From contig JAVECL010000036.1 of assembly GCA_051942245.1 (NCBI GenBank), forward strand, positions 1-64,000: a stretch of 64,000 nucleotides of DNA, read 5' to 3'. Positions 53,420 to 64,000 of this stretch are shown here, piece after piece. The DNA is from Trypethelium eluteriae (taxonomy: Eukaryota). The position numbers and the translations under genes were made by a program. The notes under the pieces were generated by a model, which worked only from the letters and a program-made list of their open reading frames with translations, was not told the origin of the DNA and did no database searches. The first letter of the stretch is position 1; each line of letters opens with the position of its first letter.

Positions 53420-53859
53420 AGTACATGCCTTTACTCCCTACTTCGTCAAGCCCCGAACGCTGATATCGCCGGAAGCCTGATGGATAGAGGAATGGGATGG
53501 AGTTTAATTGCGAGATTTAAGCTCCTTGCTTCTTGCATGTAATATGGCGTGGCGACAATGGAGCATAGCGGGTTCGGTTTGATCGAAGCATCTGGTAGAG
53601 ATGTGATAGGACAGCGACAGTCTCATGGTGAAATACCATTTTGCGTATACATGACCCGTTGTCGAAACCATGTGCCCATTACTAGCCTATGAATCCTTGC
53701 ATGTGAGTGCTGTACTGTCTCTCACTTTGCCATTCAACTATAAGGCCCGGTAGGTTCAAGAATATACTGCCTCGATGTTCATTTGATTTAGGTAACTAGG
53801 TAAAGTTGAGGAGTTGCAATGCAAAACCACAAGGCCACCCACTCCGGTGTATTTTCCTG

Positions 53860-55179
53860 TTACCTCTCAGTTAATATTCCCGATATCCTCAAACATAAAT
53901 CTAGCATCTCCATCCATTCATCTGCGCCATCAATCAAACGTTTGTCAACCTCAGAGAAAATGCTGACGATCTTGTATTTCTGCCGATCTGAGACGGTCTC
54001 GTCGAACACAACTCTCTCGTATAGCTGTGCGACAGTTTGATTTGCAGACCAGCCGTCAGCAACCATGTCTCGAACCACTCTTTCCACAGCCTGAAATCGT
54101 GTGCCTGGGGATTTTGGACTCTGCATGGCGGAGACGAGGGATTCAATTGTAGGAGAAGGGATTACCCCCGCAATCTCTTCAATCGAGGATGCAGTGATAG
54201 TATCACCTCTCAATTTTTCGTCTGCATCGATGTCCATTTTGTCCCCTCCCCCTTCTGCTTCCCTCTCCTCCTCCTCCTCCTCCCTCTCCTTCTTCCTCTT
54301 CCCTTTCGTCGGTACCACCGGTCCAGTCCCCGCCAGTGCTCCGACCAGCCTCGCCGCGCTCTGTAAAAAAGTGATGGCGCGTCTTAAGTCACCTTCACTA
54401 CACCTAATTAGTGCTTCTATCGCGTCAGAGTCTACCCGGACGCCTTCGTGTTGTGCAATTTCTTGTAAACGATTTGAGGCGTTGGCGCTATCCAAGGATT
54501 TGAAACGGAATTTAGAACACCTTGAAGCCAGTGGATCGATGATGCGGGAGACGTAATTGCAAACGAGACAGAAACGTGTGAGGCGTGAATATGTCTCCAT
54601 GGTCCTTCTCAATGCGCTCTGTGCGTCTTGTGTCATTGAGTCTGCCTCATCCAAGATTATCACTTTGTATGGTGGGCATGGGTAACGATCCTGATATGCC
54701 ATCTTCTTTCCCTCAATTTCTAAGTCTCTTCCTGTTGGGACCTGGCTCAGTTGCTGTCTCGCAAAGTCCTTGACTTTCTTCCGTACTATCCCAATACCCC
54801 GCTCGTCAGAAGCGTTTAGCTCTAGGACACGCGACTTGAAGAGGAGAGGTCCGAAAAGCTGGTGACAAAGAGCGAGGATGGTAGACGTTTTACCAGTACC
54901 AGGAGGCCCATAGAAGAGAAGATGAGGAAGATTAGTCGTTTGGAGCGTGCGAGCAAGAATTTGGGTAGTATGAGATTGAGCAGTGACGTCGGCGAGGGAT
55001 TTTGGACGACTGAACGGCAAACAAAGAATTAGCCAGATAGTAACTGAAGGTAGTAATCCATACTATTTCTCTACCCATGGTTGTAAGCGGTTGTCTACCA
55101 GGGGTTTTGCGGGTGTTTTCGAGGAATTGGCTTCTGCAGCTGCAGCTTTGCGAGCCTTGATGTCAAAGAAGCTTGCCAT
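53860..55179 (-). CDS. RFC2: Replication factor C subunit 2 (human RFC4 orthologue), 2 exons
   Basis: QPWVEKY|RPKSL, GPPGTGKT, LELNASDERGI, ILDEADSMTQDAQSALRRTME and the SRC motif. Confidence 0.95.
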
Positions 55180-55242
55180 GTTTGGTTTTGGGATCAGGTC
55201 TTTGGATGTGAACGTAGAAAAGTAAAGTAGCTTTGGAGGTTG

Positions 55243-55261
55243 ACGCGCGCGCTTCACGCGT
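55243..55261. promoter_or_regulatory. MCB-like elements in the RFC2/DSC4 divergent promoter
   Basis: ACGCGCGCG and a perfect ACGCGT (55256-55261) about 65-80 bp upstream of the RFC2 ATG. Confidence 0.5.
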
Positions 55262-55433
55262 ATTCATCATCATGCCTAGAATGGCATAGTCGGCCGTTCA
55301 GGCCCGAACTTTCTTTTTCAGAAGTCACTCACACCTCGAATCATCAACTATCCATGAGATGAGCGCCTTTGATATTATTTCGAGCGCCCGATTATGAGAC
55401 CTTTCAGATGTAGTTGAGGCTCTCTGGCGGATC

Positions 55434-56534
55434 ATGAACGATGAATCCGCATCATCCTCCGCAGCTAATCAATCACCTACCAACCACGGAGATGGAACCA
55501 CAGCCAGGGAGAGCAATGACGTTCTTCCGGTGTCTCGAGTACGGAAGCATAGAGAAAGAAACAAGCGCATGTTCAACAGAAAGAAGGCCGAGTTCTTGGA
55601 TGATATCTTGCGCAAACTTGATCTCATGATTTACGCAGAATTATCGACTGTTTACTACATGGAGTCAGCCCATTACCCGCCTCGTTAAGCTCAGTTGCTA
55701 ACGCTAACATATCGAAGTTGCTCATTCCTTCGTATGGTGCTGCGCGCCATTGTCCAATTCTTCTACCTGACCCCGAAACCTGCCATATTCCCTGACCCGC
55801 CCCAGAACCGACCTTATCCTGTTGGCTTGATTCTTGGAACCAACGTGTTTTGTGCCTTGTTGCACCTTTGGGCCGTAAGACCAGAAGCTGGCGAAGCGAC
55901 GCGAGGATATCTTCATGGCGGTCTCTTACTTGACTTTGTTGGGCAAAGAGGTCCTTCATCCAAGTTCCATATGATCGTACTTGACGCGCTGGTCTTGAGC
56001 CTCCAGTTGGTTATGCTATGCGCTTTCATTGAGCGGCAAAGTCTCAAGCGAGCTCTGGCTACGACTGCCGTATCCAACGCTACAACGGCTCAGCAGGACT
56101 CGGGCTCGTCTGTGTCTCTGACACAGGACCACGATCATGAAGAGCGAGGACTTCTCCGATCCGCCCCACAAGAGTTGGAGGACATCGAGCTTCGACCACT
56201 TAGTGCTACTGGAGCCGCGATACGTACCAATGTAGAGGAGGCTGGCGAGGAGGTTGGCGAGGCAGATGAGCGCCTGACTTCAACTCGTAGTACCCATCCT
56301 ACGGATGCCCACATCTTTGATGCTTTCAATTCCGGACAGATGATTGTGGCCGATTTGCATTTATGGGATACCGTACGGAGCCAATATGCAGCTAGCATGA
56401 GTCGGAATCGTGAAGCTGACCCTGCTCACTCAACCTTTTCAGCGAATCTACCAGGAAATCGATGGTTTGGGTTTCGGATGCGCATGCGCGTGCGCATTGG
56501 AGGCAGAACTTTGGGGCAAGACGAGAACGAGTGA
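55434..56534 (+). CDS. DSC4: DUF1746 protein, Dsc E3 ligase complex subunit Dsc4, 2 exons
   Basis: LDLMIYAELS..YYMD|CS...QFFYLTPK, EAGEATRGYLHGGLLLDFVGQ. Intron at 55664-55717. Confidence 0.85.
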
Positions 56535-57619
56535 AAGTTGATATTTTTCCGACCTGTACATACGGACACGGGCGAAAGGAGCACGGCGTTTGGGGCATGT
56601 AACGTGACATAGTGGAAGTGGCGTTAGAAAAGGGACGTCTTGCGGACAATAGAGTATTGTGGCACGGTGTATCGATCTCTGTAATGACCGCGTCGAGCTT
56701 GTGCCAGATCAAAAAGCTACCATGCCGTCGGTAAGCGAGCCGAGCCTCACGCTTTCCCCGCGTTTTACCTCCCTGACCAGCATGACGACAAGTTCTGCTT
56801 GGCATCAAGGACTTTGAGTTTTATGGGGGTAATAAATATTACGCAAAGCCCACCACAACTTCCACTCGTAATTCACCTGCTGACCGTTTCGTTGCGGGCC
56901 TGCTTCCTTCCAATCCGCCAGCTTCGAATCCACATGCGCCTTTTCAGCAGCGATGTCCGAACACAATTTTCGCCAGCCATGGCATCATTGGCAATCTGTG
57001 ATCTCAACATGCCATCTGATAGGCCACGGGGCGTTCCGGATGGCAAATTTACTTCATCGATGAGATTACTTCCAACCAGAAGTCTCCAGTAGTCCGAATG
57101 TACCTATGCAGTCGGAGGAGCGGACATGGACAATTAGATTTGAGCATCCTAGTGCCCTCCACCCGAGATTTAAATGATTCCCTGGCGTCTAACCAAAATC
57201 GAATGTTATTACCCTCAGAAAACTCCTCGCCACATGCGCCCTCCAACTATGGCATGACCGATGCCGTTGGGGCCGTTCGAGCTTGGCTCACGAATTGTCT
57301 ATCCGATATGCCGGCCTAGAGCGTGATCTGATGTCTACGGTCAACGAGGGCCGTTATTGTAGGCACGAGCTGTAGTGCAGTGGCCAAAAGCCATTGATAA
57401 AATTCTGATCATATAAGTCTGACTCCCCGAGGAAGGTGCTCTTTGTTACAAACCTTTACGAACTTGTTTGTCGTAGCGGCTAATGCACCCATTCATTTAT
57501 TCACTTACGACTACCTTTCACATTCAACTTTTTCACGCCTCAGTTTCCCCATACACCTCAGATTTTCTTCCTCAACCTTGCTACAGTTGTTGGCAATTTC
57601 ATTCCAGGTGCTGATTGAC

Positions 57620-59168
57620 ATGCCCGGCCTGATGATTAATGACCTTCCTTATGAGATACTAAGTAATATTCTCGCCGAAGCAGCAAAGCTCAATGCGGTA
57701 GAAGGTGTCACATGGACCTTTGGCTTAACAGAACCGGAGCTACCGCATGGCAAGATTCCAATCCACAAATACGTACGTGGCCCTGTACAAAATGAGATCA
57801 TCAAGTGGGATTCAGTGACAGACATACGACAAACCTGCTCTGTCTGGCGGAATTGGGCTTTAAGTCATGCTTTGGAGCAAATCCATCTTAACAAGTGGCG
57901 TACGAGTGAGAGATGGGCTGAAGTTACTCGAGACAGATGTAAGTAGGTTACCGATTTGGGATAGCTTTCTTGACCAACAATCCATAGCTGCGTACAATAT
58001 TTACGAGCTCATCGACCGACCCTCTGGGGCATATGTCCGGCAGCCACCATATCTCTCACTGGACAAGACCTGCAGACTATTCTCAGACCATCGGGAAATT
58101 GCTCGTCATGTCCGACGCATCTGGTTCAATGGCTTCTATGTAGCAGAGACTGACCAAAGGATTTTCGACACCGTTAATGAGTGTAGCAATCTACACTCGG
58201 TTGCCATTCCTTGGACAATGCTACGTCGTGGGAATGCCGATGACTGGGCTAGACTCCTACGGGCGAATGACAAAAATCCTCTGCAATCACTGGAGCTCCT
58301 TGGAGTGGAAATTCCACAAGATCAGAAAAAGAGGTCAGAGAACCAAGTCGATAAGCGGGCGCCGCGACACCACCGTGTGGATTTTAGCCAACTTAAGCGT
58401 TTGAAGGTTTTTGGCAACACCACATTCATGCCAGTCTGCGATGACGACCTTCAGGCTATTGCACGGACTGCAACTGGCCTTGAGGAGATTCATATTTCCT
58501 GCCTGTCTACCATATCCATCAAAGGTCTCATTGCTCTCATTCAGTCCTCTCGCAATACTCTTCGTGTCATCGAACACGCTCCACGTTCAAGCGATGGTTT
58601 CATCCACTGCCATCCGGGTGAGCTAGAACCTGACTCATCGATACACCTATGCGAGCTCCTCACTTCCTGTCCAAATCTGCGTGATCTTTCGCTTTCTATG
58701 CCCACCGTCTGTGCCGAACTATTTTCAAATCATCGCGTCAAGTGGAGTGGTGAGCTCCAGGTTCGAGCTCTTAGCCTATGTCCTCTACAACATAAAAGGA
58801 ACGTGAACCGAAGGGACCAAGTCAATTCACTTTCGAAGCTTCTTTCCGCAGCACGGGACTTAAGTCGAGGAACAGCATATCGCCATTGCGCATCGGATTA
58901 CCAGCAATCTCTGAGCATCGAGTTCTTCATGTCCCACAGCATCTTCACGCCCCTTTCAGGCACGGTGCATGGGGATTTCTCACTCGCGAGGATTAGTTCG
59001 AATAACCTATTCCCTCGTGAGCAACACTTCAGCTTCAAGGGTCCATATGGGAGCTCAGGTGTCTATGGCAAGCAATTAACAGACGAGGAGATTGAGTTAT
59101 GGGAGGTGGTAGGAGAGCAGGAATATCTTGTAGCTATGGACAGCGGATGGGTCAGTATGGACATTTGA
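57620..59168 (+). CDS. F-box-like / RNI-like protein, 2 exons
   Basis: F-box-like start INDLPYEILSNIL and LRR-like segments (CSNLHSV, LKRLKV, LEEIHI, CPNLRDL). Intron at 57939-57987. Confidence 0.8.
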
Positions 59169-60078
59169 GTTTATTCGCAATGACTTGCGTGGAATGCAAA
59201 AATGACGTAGGGTAATGCCGTTTATGAAGAGACGACTGCAATTTCTCTAGCTTGAAAGTTGACATTTGGAGCAAGCATGCATCTTAGCAAGTTTCAAGCA
59301 AATTAAAAGTACAATATGCCGAGGGCACATGGTATCCTCGGAGTGGATTTAAAAAATGAATATGTGGTATTGTAGTAATAACGAGTCTAGTAAATAAATG
59401 ATACTCTGTCGCCTTGATGTTCAAGATGCGCTCGAACCGTGATTATTTGGGCATGTTCAAAACTAAACATCTTGTTTCACGACAGTCTACGGAGTACAGC
59501 CTTGACGAATTGAGGGCCAACGTCGACAACAACTGACCGGTTTAGTAAGCTATCTAACGTGGAGGGAAGATGAAGAGGATGCTCAGGAACGGTTACAGGG
59601 TGTCTCGGTTGAAAGGCTTCAATCCGGAGTGGTGCCTGAAGGTTGGCGCAGGAACCGATCTGGATTCACACGCGAGCGTTCTTGAATCATTGACCAGAGC
59701 CATTTCTAAGCATTGGGTGAGCTTCGTCAAATGCAACGACCGGGTTTCTGATCGCACCGGAAGTGTTCCGCACGGCTCATTGGTCAATCCAAGCCCTGTG
59801 TAACCCCCGATCGTGCATTCTGGTGGACCCTACATGTAGTCTACTGAATGGCGGAACCACTGCAACCATGGCGAGAGCTTCACATGTACGTACAGGGGAG
59901 CTCTGTCTGGAGCACCGGAGAATGTATAAGCAGGGAGAGCCCACATCTGCTTGGAACTCCTGCAGAAAATTCGTGCCCACCTATTCATTCCACACTTAAG
60001 ACAACTACATTATTGACTATCCTGATCCGCAAAGACTTCTGATCTGGTCAATCACTTGAAAAAGAAACAGCATTCATC

Positions 60079-60937
60079 ATGGCTCCTAAAATCGCTATTG
60101 TCTTTGTACGTAGTCTCAGCTGATTGATCAGTCCCCTACCCTTATCGTTGCGGATTCGATCGCATTTAGCAAGTTTCTAACCTGACATATTAATACAGTA
60201 CTCTATGTACGGGCATATTCAAAAGATGGCCGAAGCCGAGAAGAAGGGTATTGAAGAAGCTGGTGGCTCTGCGACCCTCTATCAGGTTGCAGAGACATTG
60301 CCGCAGGAAGTCTTGACCAAAATGCATGCCCCACCCAAACCCTCAAACATTGAGACTTTGTCCGATCCTAAGACCCTGGAGCAATACGGTAAGCTACTCA
60401 AGTTCTCTCTAGTCAATGCGCACTCCTGGGTAGGATACCAACGTACGCTTGTTCCGCTGGGTCTGTATTCAAATCCAAACTCAAACTCAGCATGACCTAA
60501 TGATCTCTCATCGCGATGTCTAATTCGGTCTACTAGATGGCTTTCTCTTCGGCATTCCTACCCGTTACGGCAACTTTCCCGCACAATGGAAAGCCTTCTG
60601 GGACCACACATCAGCTCAGTGGCAGACCGGTGGCTATTGGGGCAAATATGCTGGCGTCTTCGTCAGTACAGCAACACAAGGTGGTGGCCAGGAGGCTACG
60701 GTCGCCAACTCTTTGAGCACCCTTGCCCATCATGGCATTATATACGTGCCCCTTGGCTACAAGACGGTTTTCGGTGCCATGGCCGACCTCTCTGAAGTGC
60801 GAGGCGGCAGTCCCTGGGGTGCTGGCACTTTTGCATCTGCAGATGGCAGCCGTCAGCCTACGGAGAAAGAGTTGAGTATCGCAACGGAGCAGGGAAAGGC
60901 TTTCTACAACCATCTCAGTCGGGTCAAGTTCGATTGA
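60079..60937 (+). CDS. PST2: Flavodoxin-like NAD(P)H:quinone oxidoreductase (WrbA/Pst2/Alt a 7 family), 3 exons
   Basis: MAPKIAIVF|YSMYGHI, GIPTRYGNFPAQWK, GGGQEAT, GGSPWGAGTFA..DGSRQP. Introns at 60106-60198 and 60389-60536. Confidence 0.95.
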
Positions 60938-61108
60938 CTAGATGGCAGTCAAGATGCCGCTGCTGCTGGACAGGCTTCGGGATCAGGTGAGACGACAGCG
61001 AAAACAACCCACTCGTCTGGTAATCCTGGGAATGAGAGCACAGCGGAGGGTGATGAACCGAAAGAAAAAGGACCATGCGGTTTGCCGGTCAGATGCTCGA
61101 TATTATAG
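60935..61108 (+). other. Predicted stop-codon readthrough extension of PST2 ending in a CaaX box
   Basis: TGA-CTA-G context followed by 56 open in-frame codons ending GPCGLPVRCSIL-TAG. Confidence 0.75.
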
Positions 61109-61730
61109 TACCTGCGGATGCTTTCGAGATGGTGCGTGCTCGTGAATGGTAGTGTGTGTTCAACAGGATTTGATAGCTCAGCATTTCCTTCATAGTGATA
61201 CCTTAGACAAAACAGAGCCGAGCATAATCTTTCAGTTCTAGCTTTCAAGGAGAATACTAAGTGATGTGCTGTAATTCACAAATGAGAGGACTGTGCATTG
61301 TTGGCTACGAATTTTGCGATGATTGATTATGATGTATTACCACTGTTCAGTGTTTATCAAGTCGAGCGCAGTGACTTATTGTGCTAAGCAAAGGATTCAA
61401 CAAGTGGCAACCTATAACGAGCGGACTTGACAGATTCACGTGGTTCTAGCATTGCGAGCCCATTGAGAGTTTTGTTCATAATTTTGGATTCCATTACATG
61501 ATACATGGCTCGTATGTTAATCTTGTAGATCAGTCCTATCCAAAGCTACAATCTTGGCCTGGTCTTCAGTTTGTTATATCTGACGAAGCGTCAGTTCCGC
61601 TCGTGTCTTCGCAACCGCAAAAAATTAGGTATTGCTCTCACGATCGCAAGTCCCACCATTCTGCTACCTTATCTCGACCCAGTTCTCCATCGCGACTCAT
61701 TTCAAGGACAGCTCAAGTCAGCGAACTCAC

Positions 61731-62877
61731 TTACCTGTCGCGACCAAATGTTGGTCGACCCTTCGGGGTTGTCTGAATGACATCTTCAATCTCCTTCATC
61801 ACTTCCGGAGTCAACTTCTCCAACAGCTTGAGCGCCTTGCAATTGTCATGGATTTGTTCCACTTTTGTGGCGCCCAAAATGACAGTAGATACGTTCTCAT
61901 TTTTAGCGCACCATGCTAGAGCTAATTGCGAGGGGTTTCCGCCGAGTCGCTCGGCGATGCTAGAGAGTTTGCGCACTTTCTCGATTTTGGATTTGCCTTC
62001 ATCGGTCTTCAATTCCTCAATGGTGGAGTTGAAAAATGATGCATGATTAGCGAAACGAGAACCTTCGGGAATACCGTCGTTGTATTTTCCAGTCAAGAGG
62101 CCAGAAGCAAGAGGTGACCAGATCGTAGTACCGTATTGATATTGCTTGTATAATGGGTCATATTCGACTTCAAAGCGCTCCCGGTGAAACATGTTGTATT
62201 GAGGCTGTTCAGCGATTGGCGCAATGAGATTGTATTTCTCCGCAACAAGGTTGGCTTCACTGATTTGTTGAGCTGACCATTCCGACGTACCCCAGTAATA
62301 GGCAAGATTTTGATTGCGGATCACCTGTGTGAAACCCTCAACAATCTCCTTCATGGGAGTTGCGTAATCAGGACGGTGAGCAAGCACAATGTCGACGTAT
62401 GGTTGTTGTAATCGCTTTAGGGAAGATTTCAGTCCCTCGACAACATGTTTCTTGGACAAGCCTCGGGTATTGGGTTCTTTACGTGAGGTACCGAAGAAAA
62501 TCTTGGTTGCGAGGACGTATTCGTCTCTTGGCCAAGCAAGTTCCTTGAGTGCTTGGCCCATCTCAATTTCGCATTGGCCCGAAGCATAGACCTCAGCCGT
62601 GTCGAAAAAATTGATTCCATTATCCCAAGCAGCTTGCAGACATTCTTTCACGATATTACCCTTCTGAGTGCCGCCATAAGTAAGCCATCCACCGAGAGAG
62701 AAGACGGAGACTTTGAGACCTGAAGGGCCCAAGTGGCGAAAGATCTGGGGACTTAGAATTAGCGAACATGATTTACTCGTAGAGTAACGTTACACTCTCT
62801 CGTAGTTTACTTGAGACTGACGCGGGCGGTTTGAGACATACCATATCCTTGGGATCATACTTGGATTCGACAGCCAT
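61731..62877 (-). CDS. Aldo-keto reductase of the Kv-beta-like (AKR6) type, 2 exons plus an optional terminal exon
   Basis: [61 protein letters not shown]. Intron at 62745-62841. Confidence 0.93.
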
Positions 62878-63754
62878 TGTCGCAAAGCTCTATGAATTGA
62901 GTACTGGGACAACAAGAAATAGAATCAATGGAAGAACTGCAGCTGGGAATATGGCCGGGTGGTATGATCAAGACGAGAGCGAGAGATCTGAAAGAAAAGA
63001 AAAAGAGGCTTTTGGAAGGACCTGTGCTCTTTAAGTACACAATGTGATTGGTAAAGTTATAGGAAGGTTGACATACAATTGCGGGGCAATTAACTACCGT
63101 TGCAACCCCTGTGAGGCAAAAAACATGCATCATACTACGTACGGTACCCACCAGTACCTTTCTTTCGATCCATGACGCAAGGGCCGAGCCTATGAGAAGC
63201 CCCACGCGGGACGTTCTAAGCTAGCACGGGAAGGCATCTCCACACCGCTCTGCAGGTATCACTGCTCGTGGAAGTGTTGGTGGGCCGCGGAAATAACGAG
63301 AGAAGGAAAGTTTTGCATCGAAAGATTGGAGAATTCATCCTCTCAACGCTCAAGTGTCTCGGTCTCGGGAAAGTGCAAGGCTCTTCATCCTTCTACCTCA
63401 CTCAAATGTCTGTGAGATGCGCACCTTCTTGCAGACCAGGCGAAAGAGAGGTAATTAGGTAGTTATTCGGTGTATTGCTCCAGTGTTATCTGCAGGAACC
63501 CGAAAGTACCTGTACTCTAAATCAGCAAGGCCCTTTGACCGCCCTGGCAGAACGCTGTCCGTGCTTGCAGGAGGAAATAAGTCCTTTATGCGACCTTGAC
63601 CATTCCAAACCTGAGAAGTCCACTTTTCTGATCCCGTGTACATACTCAGATACTCTCGAATCGTCTCAAATTCCTACTTCAAGGTGTTATTCGGCTCTTT
63701 GGTGGATAATCCTTTTGGTAATGCTCTGTCACCTTCCTAGTCAACTGCAGCAAA

Positions 63755-64000
63755 ATGGCCCCAACCGCAGCGCAAGATGAAGAGGACGACTACATGACTA
63801 TGCTCATTCCCGATGATGCCGTTCCAAGAAATGAAACCTCTATCCAACGCCGTGCTCGAAAACAACGGGAAGCTGAACAGCGCGCACATCCAAAAACCAA
63901 ATCCGAACTCGAACGTGAGGCTCGTGAGACTCGAGACTCTGCCCTATCCTCCTCTATTCTGACTTCCAACCCCGATAACAAAGGTGCGAAGATGATGGCC
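63755..64000 (+). CDS. G-patch domain protein (GPATCH11/Cmg1-like), 5' part, truncated by the window end
   Basis: MAPTAAQDEEDDYMTM...ETSIQRRARKQREAE...DNKGAKMMA, the start of a G-patch. The frame is open to the window end. Confidence 0.8.
   Translation, partial: MAPTAAQDEEDDYMTMLIPDDAVPRNETSIQRRARKQREAEQRAHPKTKSELEREARETRDSALSSSILTSNPDNKGAKMMA

Noticed and set aside
53780..53865. AG|GTAACA overlapping the RFC2 stop as a possible alternative terminal intron
   Set aside because: Weak donor and branch site, and the alternative tail has no recognisable signal.
49995..56534. SEC66, NPL4 and DSC4 as an ER quality-control gene cluster
   Set aside because: Interrupted by RFC2, with no shared motif seen, so probably ordinary synteny.

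Overview
Gene-dense stretch of a filamentous ascomycete (Pezizomycotina, possibly Dothideomycetes) nuclear chromosome. It has short GT-AG introns, about 29 protein-coding genes, and no recognisable tRNA, rRNA, transposon or CRISPR element. Most genes are housekeeping: SNU114, ERG10, ARC35, RPS13, SDC1, RPC40, complex I 49-kDa subunit, a CPT1/EPT1-family enzyme, CTR2, BNA1, ORC3, VPS3844, KRE33, SEC66, NPL4, RFC2, DSC4, PST2 and a Kv-beta-like aldo-keto reductase. Others encode a GH27 alpha-galactosidase, a GT90 glycosyltransferase, a PTH11-like receptor, a CorA-like protein and several hypothetical proteins. The strongest hidden signal is at the PST2-like quinone reductase. Its stop codon sits in the readthrough context TGA-CTA-G and is followed by 56 open in-frame codons ending GPCGLPVRCSIL*, a CaaX prenylation box with an upstream Cys, which resembles the lipid-anchored tail of yeast Ycp4. 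Other cryptic targeting signals are also visible. A splice donor overlapping the AKR stop gives a PTS1-like ...TRPRL isoform, an alternative acceptor toggles a dileucine motif in CTR2, an alternative terminal intron exists in NPL4, and BNA1 carries a mitochondrial-type presequence. A spliced double zinc-finger microgene is missed by the ORF track. All exon structures were read by eye and no database searches were run.
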